DNA of 64,000 nt from Actinomycetota bacterium. Lineage in GTDB: Bacteria; Actinomycetota; Thermoleophilia; Solirubrobacterales; 70-9. The notes below the pieces were generated by a model, which worked only from the letters and a program-made list of their open reading frames with translations, did no database searches and was not told the DNA's origin. The stretch spans positions 3,920 to 67,919 of the forward strand of contig JBKOYL010000008.1 of NCBI GenBank assembly GCA_046725395.1, given 5' to 3'. Numbering within the stretch: position 1 is the stretch's first letter; every line of letters begins with the position of its first letter. This document shows positions 37,584 through 46,257 of this stretch, piece after piece. Made by a program: the position numbers and the translations under genes.

Positions 37584-38039
37584 ATGACACTTTGCTTCGT
37601 AGACCCAGCCGACGCCATCAGGGCGATCGCCGACTCCGTCGGCCGCGAGGCGCGCCGCCAGCTCCTCGGCGAGGCGGTTCGCGCCTGGGTCGACGAGATC
37701 CCCGACGAGGAGCTCCAGGAGCACTACGCCAAGGCGATCTCCGAGCTCGACGAGCACGACATCTCGATGCTGGCGGCGTGGCACGGCTCGATGGAGGTCG
37801 GCCAGCCGGTGCCCAACCGCGACTTCCTGATGGGCGCCTTCGAGTCCCTCGGCGATCACCGCCGCGAGGCGCTCAAGCTCGCCGCGGGCTTCCGCGGCGA
37901 GGAGGCGTTCGAGGAGGGGATCTCCGAGGAGCGGGCGCTCGACCTGGTCCTCGAGTGGCTCTCGCCTCCCCGCGTGATGGAGCTCTGCCGTGAGGCGACG
38001 GAGCTCTACATGTGGGACCGCTACGGCTCCGACAACTGA
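37584..38039 (+). CDS. Hypothetical acidic protein (151 aa)
   Basis: ATG preceded by AGGAGG 8 nt upstream. Non-repetitive, helical-looking sequence. The track ORF start at 37140 is antisense to addB. Confidence 0.55.
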   Translation: MTLCFVDPADAIRAIADSVGREARRQLLGEAVRAWVDEIPDEELQEHYAKAISELDEHDISMLAAWHGSMEVGQPVPNRDFLMGAFESLGDHRREALKLAAGFRGEEAFEEGISEERALDLVLEWLSPPRVMELCREATELYMWDRYGSDN

Positions 38040-38049
38040 GGCGCCGCGA

Positions 38050-38697
38050 TCACAGGCGGAGCGCCTTGCGGATCTCCGAGATCGCCTGCTCGTTGTAGCG
38101 GTAGTGGACGGCTGACATGCCGAGAGCGCGCGCGGCATCGCAGTTGACGTCGGTGTCGTCGATGAACAGGCATTCCTCAGCCAGCGGATCGCCCATCCGC
38201 TCCAGTGTGAGGTCGTAGATCTCGCGGTCGGGCTTGCGGCACCCGACGAAGCCCGAGTCGACCACGACCTCGAAGATCTCGTCGACGGGCAGCATCGAGC
38301 GCCAGAGCGGCTCCCATTCCCGCACGTTGTTGGTCAGCAGCCCCATCCGGAAGCCGCGCTTCTTCACCTCCCGCATCAGCTCGATCATCGGCTGATTGGG
38401 GTGGAGGGCGTCGAAGTAGATCTCGCGGAAGCGGTGTAGCTCCGGCCGGTGGCCGAGCGCCGGCTCGAGCGCGTCGCCGACCTTGGCCAGGAAGCCCGCC
38501 TCGCTCAGATTCCCCTTCTCGAGCTCGAAGAGCGGATGCTCTCCCTCCTTCTCCTGGATCGTGGCCATGGCCTGGCCGAGCTCCTCGAAGGGGATGCCCG
38601 TCTGATCCTGCACGGCGGCAAACGACTGGACCAGGGGGGTGGTCAGCACTCCGCCGAAGTCCGAGATCACCGTGGTGATCGTCGCCTCCTCGCTCAT
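38050..38697 (-). CDS. HAD-superfamily hydrolase (subfamily IA)
   Basis: Motif I VISDFGGVL, motif II LLTNN, motif IV FIDDTDVN. Confidence 0.8.
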   Translation of the reverse strand: MSEEATITTVISDFGGVLTTPLVQSFAAVQDQTGIPFEELGQAMATIQEKEGEHPLFELEKGNLSEAGFLAKVGDALEPALGHRPELHRFREIYFDALHPNQPMIELMREVKKRGFRMGLLTNNVREWEPLWRSMLPVDEIFEVVVDSGFVGCRKPDREIYDLTLERMGDPLAEECLFIDDTDVNCDAARALGMSAVHYRYNEQAISEIRKALRL

Positions 38698-39263
38698 CCG
38701 CGCCAGAGCAGGTAGGTACCGATGCCCTCGGCACCGTCGGTATGGCAGCGGAAGAACCCCGCCCAGATCGTCCCCACCCGCGTACCGCCGAGAATCGACG
38801 CCGAGACGCGGGTAGCCCCTGCTCGGCTCGTCTGATCAGCCTCCTGCGGCCACAGCTCGAGCCCGAACCGGGTCGGCTCATCGTCGCCCCCGTACTGCGT
38901 CGAGATCAGCGCCTCCTCGTAGGGGATCTCCTCCCCTCCGGCCCGAAGGGCACCCGTGATGCTTTCCTCGCCGTGGCCGGGGATCCCCTGCGCGCCGATC
39001 GCCGTGCATACGATCGTGCCGCGGTCCGGCGCTTCGACGGCGATGTGCCGGAAGGTCGCAGCACCGTGCAGCGGATCGCCATCCAGCCGCGTGTCGAAGG
39101 CCCAGCCGCCGGGTTCGCCGCTCACGGCATCGGCTTCGGTCGCGGCTACCCGCTCGCCCTCCAGGGTGACGGCCCCGCCGGCGGCGAGGCTCCAGGCGAT
39201 CCCTCCCCGGCCGCGGGCGAGGTCGCCGAAGCCGCGGACGAAGGCGCCGCCCGCGTGGCTCAT
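38694..39263 (-). CDS. Hypothetical protein (189 aa)
   Basis: ATGA overlaps at both ends (with fxsA upstream and HAD downstream). No domain recognised. Confidence 0.55.
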   Translation of the reverse strand: MSHAGGAFVRGFGDLARGRGGIAWSLAAGGAVTLEGERVAATEADAVSGEPGGWAFDTRLDGDPLHGAATFRHIAVEAPDRGTIVCTAIGAQGIPGHGEESITGALRAGGEEIPYEEALISTQYGGDDEPTRFGLELWPQEADQTSRAGATRVSASILGGTRVGTIWAGFFRCHTDGAEGIGTYLLWRG

Positions 39264-39847
39264 CCGCCGAACGGCTCCCGGCCGGGCGGCAACTCGTCCT
39301 CCTCGTCGATCTCCCTCCCGGTTCCCTCAATGTCATCCGGACGGGGACCGGGCCGCCGCGGGGGCCCGGGCGGTTCCTCCCAGCCAAACGGGTCCTCCGG
39401 CTCCCTGGGCGGCGGACCTCCGGGAGCCGGTCGACGTCGGGGGGGACGCGTCGCGCGGCCGAAGGTCCAGGCGGCCGCACCGCCCACCGCCATTCGGCGC
39501 CGCACCATGCGCGACGCGAACGCCCGGACCAGCGCGCGGGTCGGCGGGATCAGGAAGATGAGGCCGAAGATGTCGGTGATGAAGCCCGGCGTCAGCAGCA
39601 GGGCGCCGCCCATGATGATCAGGACCCCGTCGAAGACCTCCTTGTGCGGCAGGCGGTTCTCGGCGAGGGCGCGGTTGAACCGCACCCAGGCGGCGCGCCC
39701 CTGCTGCCGCAGCAGCATCGAGCCGAGTAGCGCGTCCGCGATCAGGATCAGGATCGTCGGCCCGACCCCAATCGCGCCGCCGACCTTGATGATCACGTAC
39801 AGCTCCGCGATCGGGACGAGGATGAAGAGCAGAACGAGCAGGAACAC
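39260..39847 (-). CDS. fxsA: FxsA family membrane protein with Pro/Arg-rich C-terminal tail
   Basis: LVPIAELYVIIKVGGAIGVGPTILILIADALLGSMLLRQQG and TPGFITDIFGLIFLIPPTR are hallmark FxsA (UPF0716) segments. Confidence 0.8.
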   Translation of the reverse strand: MFLLVLLFILVPIAELYVIIKVGGAIGVGPTILILIADALLGSMLLRQQGRAAWVRFNRALAENRLPHKEVFDGVLIIMGGALLLTPGFITDIFGLIFLIPPTRALVRAFASRMVRRRMAVGGAAAWTFGRATRPPRRRPAPGGPPPREPEDPFGWEEPPGPPRRPGPRPDDIEGTGREIDEEDELPPGREPFGG

Positions 39848-39889
39848 GGCTGGGAAGGCTACTCAGGCGCGCCTCTATCCTTATTGGGG

Positions 39890-40198
39890 ATGGCAACGGG
39901 AACCGCAACCGAAGAGGACATCTACGAGGCGCTGGAGGAGGTCATCGACCCAGAGCTCGGCCTCGACTTCGTCTCCCTCGGGCTCGTCTACGACGTCGAG
40001 ATCGAGAACGAGGAGGCCTACATCACCTTCACCCTGACGACGCCGGCCTGTCCGATCGGCCCGCAGGTCTCCGAGCAGATGCGCGAGTTCGTCGGCCAGC
40101 TGCAGGGCATCAACAAGGTCCACCCGAAGATGGTCTTCGACCCGCCCTGGTCCCCGGAGATGATGTCCGAGGACGCGAAGTTCGCGCTGGGGTACTGA
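39890..40198 (+). CDS. DUF59 / SufT-like Fe-S cluster assembly protein
   Basis: VIDPELGLDFVSLGLVYDV and TLTTPACPIG, with the conserved Cys. TTG 39884 is an alternative start. Confidence 0.8.
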   Translation: MATGTATEEDIYEALEEVIDPELGLDFVSLGLVYDVEIENEEAYITFTLTTPACPIGPQVSEQMREFVGQLQGINKVHPKMVFDPPWSPEMMSEDAKFALGY

Positions 40199-40359
40199 GC
40201 CTCGCAGCTCACAGCTCAGTCCGCCCGGCGGCGCGCGGGGCACGCCGCGGCCGCCTCAGGCAGCTTTGTGTCTGATATGGACATAACATGGGCTTAATAC
40301 GCCGAATTCGTCCGAAGCCTTGACAAACAGGCGGAGGGTGAGTAAATCTCCCGCTCGGA

Positions 40360-41577
40360 GTGGAGGGTGGAGAGTCCGGATCGCTTCGTTCGCTACGCGA
40401 ACTGAACCGCGGGCGCGTCATCGACGTGTTGCGGGATCGCGGCACCGCGAGCCGCGCCGAGATCGCCAGGACCACGGGGCTCTCCCGCTCCACCGTCTCC
40501 AGCATCGTCTCGGACCTGATCGAAGCGGGCCTGGCGGCAGAGCATGAGGACGCCGGCATCGCGCACGGTGAGCACGGCGGCCGCCCGCCCGTGCTGTTGT
40601 CGCTGGAGCGCTCGGCCGGGCTCGCCCTCGGAGTCGATTTCGGCCACACCCACCTGCGTGTCGCCGTGTCCGATCTCTCCCACGAGGTGCTTGCCGAGGC
40701 TTCGCGGGATCTGGACGTGGATCACTCCGCGGAGGAGGGTCTCGACTCCGCGGTCGAGCTCGTCGAGGCCGTGCTGACGGAGGCCGGGGCGAAGCGCGAG
40801 CGGGTGCTCGGCGTGGGCATGGGCCTGCCCGGCCCGATCAACCGCGCGACGGGGGCCGTGGGGTCCTCGGCGATCCTGCCGGGTTGGGTGGGCGTCGACG
40901 CCGGGGCGGAGCTCTGCAAGCGCCTCGAGCTGCCGGTCCACGTCGAGAACGACGCCAACCTCGGCGCGCTCGCCGAATCGGTCTGGGGAAGCGGCAAGGG
41001 ACTCTCCGACCTCGTTTACATCAAGCTCTCCTCGGGTGTCGGCGCCGGGCTCCTCCTCGGTGGGCGGCTCTATCACGGGACGGGCGGAACGGCCGGCGAG
41101 ATCGGCCACACCGTCGTCGAACCCGGCGGTTCGATCTGCCGCTGCGGCAGCCGGGGATGCCTGGAGACCGTCGCCTCCGCCAAGGCGATCGCCGAGGTGC
41201 TCGGCGCGAGCCGCGACGAGGCGGTCTCCGTGAAGCGCCTGCTCGAGCTGGCGGCGGACGGAGACGCAGCGACGGTCCGCCTGATCGCGGAGGCCGGGCG
41301 TGCGATCGGCGTCGCCGTCGCCAACCTCTGCAACCTGATCAACCCGGAGCGCGTGATCGTCGGCGGGGACCTGAGCGCGGCCGGAGAATTGGTCACCGAG
41401 CCGATCGCCGAGTCGATCCGCCGCTACGCGATCCTCAGCGCCGCCGAGCAGGTCAGCGTGATTCCCGGCGTCCTCGGAGAGCGGGCGGAGCTCCTCGGCG
41501 CCCTGGCGCTGGTGGTCCAGCCGCCGGACCGCTTCCTCACCTCGCCGCCTCCCTGGCGGGAGGTCGTCGCGGCGTGA
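40360..41577 (+). CDS. ROK family transcriptional regulator
   Basis: N-terminal wHTH (SRAEIARTTGLSRSTVSSIVSDL). ROK sugar-kinase-like fold with zinc motif GHTVV...CRCGSRGCLE. Confidence 0.85.
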   Translation: MEGGESGSLRSLRELNRGRVIDVLRDRGTASRAEIARTTGLSRSTVSSIVSDLIEAGLAAEHEDAGIAHGEHGGRPPVLLSLERSAGLALGVDFGHTHLRVAVSDLSHEVLAEASRDLDVDHSAEEGLDSAVELVEAVLTEAGAKRERVLGVGMGLPGPINRATGAVGSSAILPGWVGVDAGAELCKRLELPVHVENDANLGALAESVWGSGKGLSDLVYIKLSSGVGAGLLLGGRLYHGTGGTAGEIGHTVVEPGGSICRCGSRGCLETVASAKAIAEVLGASRDEAVSVKRLLELAADGDAATVRLIAEAGRAIGVAVANLCNLINPERVIVGGDLSAAGELVTEPIAESIRRYAILSAAEQVSVIPGVLGERAELLGALALVVQPPDRFLTSPPPWREVVAA

Positions 41578-41654
41578 CCGAAGCCAAGGCTTGCAATACA
41601 AATGAGGACAGCAAGAGCACAGAGAGAGGACAATTCGAACGGAGGTGCAGTGTG

Positions 41655-42782
41655 ATGTCTGACTCAAGGAGGAGGTGGGCCCGCGCCGCGGTGATGGGAA
41701 TCGCGGCGGCCACGATCGGGCTCGGCCTCGCCGCCTGCGGCGGCGACGACGATGGAGGTGGGGGAGGGCCGAAGATCGCGCTCCTGCTGCCGGAGTCGAA
41801 GACGACCCGATACGAGGCGCACGACCATCCGGAGTTCGAGGACGCGGTCAAGGCGGCGTGCTCGGACTGCGAGATGATCTACAGCAACGCGAACCAGGAC
41901 GCCGCGCAGCAGCAGTCCCAGATGGAGGCGGCTCTGACCGACGGGGCCGACGTAGTGGTCCTGGACCCGGTGGACTCCGCGTCCGCCGCGTCGATGGTGA
42001 CCCTCGCGAAGCAGCAGGACGTCCCCGTCGTCAGCTACGACCGGCTGATCCTGGACACGCCTGACGTCGACGCGTACGTCTCCTTCGACAACGTTCGGGT
42101 CGGCGAGCTGCAGGGCAGCACCCTGGTGAAGAAGCTCGCGGCTGACGGCAACCCGACCGGGCCGATCGTGAAGATCAACGGCTCCCCGACCGACAACAAC
42201 GCCAAGCTGTTCGGTCAGGGTGCGGACTCGGCCCTGAACGGCGCCGGCGTCCAGGTCGCCCAGGAGTACGACACTCCCGACTGGAGCCCCGACAAGGCCC
42301 AGACGGAAATGGATCAGGCGATCACCGCGCTCGGCAAGACCGGGTTCAAGGGTCTATACGCCATGAACGACGGCACCGCCGGAGGCGCGATCGCGGCGAT
42401 GCAGGCCGCCGGCATCGACCCGAAGACGATCCCGTCGACGGGACAGGACGCCGAGCTCGACGCCGTCCAGCGGATCCTCACCGGCGACCAGTACATGACG
42501 GTCTACAAGGCGACCAGGCCTGAGGCTACGGCCGCGGCCCAGATCGCAGTCGCGCTGGCCCAGGGCAAGCAGATCCCGGCCAACATGATCACCACCAAGA
42601 CAAACAACGGCGCGACGGATGTCCCTTCGGACCTCCTGACGCCGGTGGCGGTGACCAAGGACAACATCGCGACCGCGGAGTACGGCGGTCAGCCGCTCAT
42701 CGGTCCGGACGGATACTGGACCGCGGGTGACGTCTGCACCCCTGAGTTCCAGTCGGCCTGCCAGCAGGCTGGGATCAGCTAG
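41655..42782 (+). CDS. Sugar ABC transporter substrate-binding lipoprotein (XylF/RbsB-like)
   Basis: Lipobox LGLAAC, with GGAGG 9 nt upstream of the ATG. Periplasmic-binding-protein type I features (VVVLDPVDS, VVSYDRL). The track ORF start at 40884 is an out-of-frame run through the ROK gene. Confidence 0.8.
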   Translation: MSDSRRRWARAAVMGIAAATIGLGLAACGGDDDGGGGGPKIALLLPESKTTRYEAHDHPEFEDAVKAACSDCEMIYSNANQDAAQQQSQMEAALTDGADVVVLDPVDSASAASMVTLAKQQDVPVVSYDRLILDTPDVDAYVSFDNVRVGELQGSTLVKKLAADGNPTGPIVKINGSPTDNNAKLFGQGADSALNGAGVQVAQEYDTPDWSPDKAQTEMDQAITALGKTGFKGLYAMNDGTAGGAIAAMQAAGIDPKTIPSTGQDAELDAVQRILTGDQYMTVYKATRPEATAAAQIAVALAQGKQIPANMITTKTNNGATDVPSDLLTPVAVTKDNIATAEYGGQPLIGPDGYWTAGDVCTPEFQSACQQAGIS

Positions 42783-42831
42783 GGAGCGGATGAAGTAGGA
42801 GAATGGACCCCAAGCGCGAGGAGATGAGAAG

Positions 42832-43638
42832 GTGAGCGAACGGAAGCAGAACGGCAACGGCAAGCCCGACCATCTCCTCGCGTTACGGGGGTTCACCAAG
42901 AGCTTCGGCCCCGTTCAGGCCCTGTCCGAGGTCGACTTCGAGGTCGACGCCGGCGTAGTCGTCGCCCTGGTGGGGGACAACGGCGCTGGAAAGTCGACGC
43001 TGATCAAGGCGATCGACGGCGTCCAGCCGCCCGATTCCGGCGAGACTTACTTCGAGGGAAAGCCGGTCAAGATCAGCGATCCGAATGCGGCAGCGAAGCT
43101 GGGGATTGCGACGGTCTTCCAGGACCTGGCGCTGTGCGACAACCTGGACGTCGTCGCCAACCTCTATCTGGGGCAGGAGGTGGTCGGCGACGGCGGCGTC
43201 CCGCTTCCCGCGCTGAACGAGACTCAGATGGAGCAGCACTCCCGCGAGCTGCTCGATCAGCTCTCGGTGACCACGCTCGGCAGCGTCCGAACCGAGGTGG
43301 GGAGCCTCTCGGGTGGGCAGCGCCAATCCGTGGCGATCGCGCGCTCCCTGCTCGGGCAGCCGAAGGTCGTGCTGCTCGATGAGCCGACGGCGGCGCTCGG
43401 GGTGGCCCAGACGGCGCAGGTGCTCAACCTCGTCAGGCGCTTGCGCGAGCGCGGCCTCGGCGTGGTGGTGATCAGTCACAACCTGGAGGACGTCTTCCAG
43501 GTCGCCGATCGCATCGTGGTGCTGCGGCTGGGCAAGCGCGAGGCAACGTTTGACGTGAAGAAGACGACTCGGGAGGAGGTCGTAGCGGCGATCACCGGCG
43601 CTTCGGCCGAGCTCAAGGTCAAGGAGGAGGATCAGTGA
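42832..43638 (+). CDS. Sugar ABC transporter ATP-binding protein (single cassette)
   Basis: Walker A GDNGAGKST, signature LSGGQRQ, Walker B VVLLDEPT. Confidence 0.85.
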   Translation: MSERKQNGNGKPDHLLALRGFTKSFGPVQALSEVDFEVDAGVVVALVGDNGAGKSTLIKAIDGVQPPDSGETYFEGKPVKISDPNAAAKLGIATVFQDLALCDNLDVVANLYLGQEVVGDGGVPLPALNETQMEQHSRELLDQLSVTTLGSVRTEVGSLSGGQRQSVAIARSLLGQPKVVLLDEPTAALGVAQTAQVLNLVRRLRERGLGVVVISHNLEDVFQVADRIVVLRLGKREATFDVKKTTREEVVAAITGASAELKVKEEDQ

Positions 43639-44846
43639 TGGAAAGCGCCACTGAGACAGTCGCAGGCGCGGAGCCGGTAGAGGGAAGGCTCAGCGTTTTC
43701 GCCCGTCTGGCCCGCGGCGAGCTCGGGTCCGTCAGGGTGCTGATCACGATCGCCCTGATCTGGACGATCTTCCAACTTCAGAACGACCGGTTCCTCTCCG
43801 CCGTCAACCTGACCAACCTGACGCTTCAGATCGCGGCGATCGGGACGATCTCGGTCGGGGTGGTGCTCGTGCTGCTGCTCGGAGAGATCGATCTCTCGGT
43901 GGGCGCGGTCAGCGGGCTCGCGGCCGGTGTGATGGCCGTGCTCACCGTGAAGCACGGCTGGAACGCCGATCTCGCCATCGTCGCCGGCCTGATGACCGGC
44001 GCGCTGATCGGGCTCTTCAACGGTGTCATGGTGACTTTCTTCCGGATCCCATCCTTCGTGGTGACGCTGGCCGGGTTGCTCGCCTGGCAAGGGGCATTGC
44101 TCTACGTCCTCGGGGACACCGGGACGATCAACCTGCCACCGAGCACGATCACCGACCTGGCGGGAACGTTCTACGGCGCCGGGGTCGGCTACACGATCGC
44201 CGTGCTGGTCACCGCGGCGACGCTGGGAACGGGCTTGCTGCAGCGCCTTCGCCGTCAGCGGGCGGGCCTGGAGACGGATCCGCTGGCGGGGATCGTCATC
44301 CGCACCGTGATCGTCGGTGCGGCGACCTTCATCGCCGTCGCGATCCTCGTCTCGGACCGCGGTATCCCGCTATCGGCGCTGATCCTCGTCGCCTTCTGCG
44401 CGTTCTTCGCCTGGCTGACGACGCGAACGAGGTTCGGCCGCCACATCTTCGCGGTCGGCGGCAACGCCGAGGCGGCGCGCCGCGCAGGGATTCCGATCAA
44501 CCGCGTCCGCATCGCGGTCTTCACGATTGCCTCGACGATGGCTGCCGCCGGCGGGATCCTGGCGGCATCCAGGCTGATCGCGGTGAACCAGGCATCCGGC
44601 TCGGGCGACGTCCTGCTGCTGGCGATCGCCGGACCGGTGATCGCCGGCACCAGCCTGTTCGGCGGCCGGGGCTCGGTCTGGTCGGCGCTGCTCGGGGCCC
44701 TGGTCATCGGATCCATCTCGAACGGGATGGATCTGCTGGGACTGGACTCGGACGTCAAGTACATGATCACCGGCGGCGTCCTTCTGGCTGCGGTGACGGT
44801 CGACGCCCTGGCGCGTCGCCAGCGCGAGCAGGTCCAGGTCACGTAA
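43635..44846 (+). CDS. Sugar ABC transporter permease (XylH/RbsC-like)
   Basis: About 10 hydrophobic segments, GEIDLSVGAV and FGRHIFAVGGNAEAARRAGI motifs. 4-nt overlap with the ATPase gene. Confidence 0.85.
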   Translation: MMESATETVAGAEPVEGRLSVFARLARGELGSVRVLITIALIWTIFQLQNDRFLSAVNLTNLTLQIAAIGTISVGVVLVLLLGEIDLSVGAVSGLAAGVMAVLTVKHGWNADLAIVAGLMTGALIGLFNGVMVTFFRIPSFVVTLAGLLAWQGALLYVLGDTGTINLPPSTITDLAGTFYGAGVGYTIAVLVTAATLGTGLLQRLRRQRAGLETDPLAGIVIRTVIVGAATFIAVAILVSDRGIPLSALILVAFCAFFAWLTTRTRFGRHIFAVGGNAEAARRAGIPINRVRIAVFTIASTMAAAGGILAASRLIAVNQASGSGDVLLLAIAGPVIAGTSLFGGRGSVWSALLGALVIGSISNGMDLLGLDSDVKYMITGGVLLAAVTVDALARRQREQVQVT

Positions 44847-44850
44847 AGCC

Positions 44851-44879
44851 GACGCCCCGGTCATCCCGGCCGGGGCGTC
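44851..44879. terminator. Hairpin GACGCCCCGG-(9 nt)-CCGGGGCGTC between convergent genes
   Basis: Perfect 10-bp GC-rich stem, starting 5 nt after the permease stop. Confidence 0.6.
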
Positions 44880-44921
44880 GTTGTCAGAGCATCGCGCCGA
44901 CGGTCGGAGCGATAACCGACA

Positions 44922-45164
44922 CTAGAGGGGCACGCCGCTCAGGCAGGTAAGGAAATCCTCGTGTGCACGAGCGCCGATCGCGACGGTCGCGCCCGGCTGC
45001 GGCGCGAAGTCGTCTCTGAGCTGCAGCGAGCCGGCGAACGACGAGAGCGACCCGAGGCAGCTGGCGTAATCGTCGTTGGCCATCGCCGAGGCCGAGGGCG
45101 CCGTCCCGGCGAGACCCGCGAGGGCCACCAGACCGGCCACCAGGAACATCCGGAAACGCCACAT
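44922..45164 (-). CDS. Small secreted protein (80 aa, two Cys)
   Basis: GGAGG 6 nt upstream of the ATG. Signal peptide MWRFRMFLVAGLVALAGLAGTAPSASA. High GC3. Confidence 0.6.
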   Translation of the reverse strand: MWRFRMFLVAGLVALAGLAGTAPSASAMANDDYASCLGSLSSFAGSLQLRDDFAPQPGATVAIGARAHEDFLTCLSGVPL

Positions 45165-45243
45165 ATCCGACCTCCGTGTCGGAGAGTGTGTGCAGGATCC
45201 CGATGCCCGTTTCCCCCGCCGGGCGGCACGACAAACCGCGCGC

Positions 45244-46122
45244 CTACGGCGCCGGCAGCCGAGCCTCCACCTCGAGCGGCGGAGGGGTAAGAGCGGCTGC
45301 GCAGATCACCAGGGCGAAGGCGAACAGCCGCGCCGTCACGCCCAGGGCCTGATCCGGGAAGGGCTCCGAGAAGACGATCGGCCCGGCGGCGATCGTGAGC
45401 GCGTTCGCCGCGACGCTGGTCACCGCGATCACGGACACGGCGGGACCGAGCTGCAGGCTGCGGGCCGAGACCAGCAGACCCACCAGCGAGGCCAGCAGGA
45501 TGACCCCGGCCAGGGGGCTGAGCAGGATTGCCGCGACAGAGTCCTCGCCCAGGTGATTGCTGAGCGCCTTGATCGAGGTGTCCGAGGCCGCCCAGAGCAG
45601 GCCCGCGGACGCGCCCAGCAGCACGCCGGCGCGGGGGGCGTCCCGGCCGAGGATGGCGACCAGCACTCCGATCGTGGCGACGACAGCGACGAACGCGCTC
45701 AGCGTGGCGGCGTCGTAGCTCGAATGGGCCGAGTCGGCCTCCCCGTCGAGGGTTGCCGCGAGGAAGGCCAGTCCGGCTGCGGCCAGGGCCACTCCGATCC
45801 ACTCCCGCCGGGTCACCCGGTGGGCGAAGAATCGATCGGCCACCACGGTGAGCATCACCAGACCGCCGGCGATCGTGGCCTGGACGAGCGAGATCGGCGC
45901 CAGCGAGAGCGCGGCGACATGCAGGCCCCAACCGCCCATCGCGACCAGGACGCCGAGCGCGTACCAACGGGAGCGGAAGAGGGCGACGGAGCTCCAGAGT
46001 GGACGGCGCCAGTCCACCCGCGGGCTCTCGACGGCGCCCTTGTGCTTGTAGAGGAAGCCGAGGATCGACGCCAGCGCCGTCGCCACGGCCAGAGCGATCC
46101 CGAGTTGGACGCTGAAGGGCAC
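45244..46122 (-). CDS. Polytopic membrane protein, DMT/EamA-like transporter
   Basis: About 10 hydrophobic segments in two halves. No soluble domain. Confidence 0.55.
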   Translation of the reverse strand: MPFSVQLGIALAVATALASILGFLYKHKGAVESPRVDWRRPLWSSVALFRSRWYALGVLVAMGGWGLHVAALSLAPISLVQATIAGGLVMLTVVADRFFAHRVTRREWIGVALAAAGLAFLAATLDGEADSAHSSYDAATLSAFVAVVATIGVLVAILGRDAPRAGVLLGASAGLLWAASDTSIKALSNHLGEDSVAAILLSPLAGVILLASLVGLLVSARSLQLGPAVSVIAVTSVAANALTIAAGPIVFSEPFPDQALGVTARLFAFALVICAAALTPPPLEVEARLPAP

Positions 46123-46257
46123 CCCACCATTAAACGGGTCGCCCGAGGCCCTAGGGCAAGTGCCCAGAGGGCGATTGGCAGCTGACGCTCCCGGGTAAGC
46201 GCCAGCACAGATCGAAGAGCCCGAGCACCGCGCGGCGCGCGCTGAAGGGAATCAGCC

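Noticed and set aside
40884-41654. N-terminal 257 codons of track ORF 40884..42782
   Set aside because: This is an out-of-frame run through the ROK gene. The binding-protein gene starts at ATG 41655, with an RBS and a lipoprotein signal.
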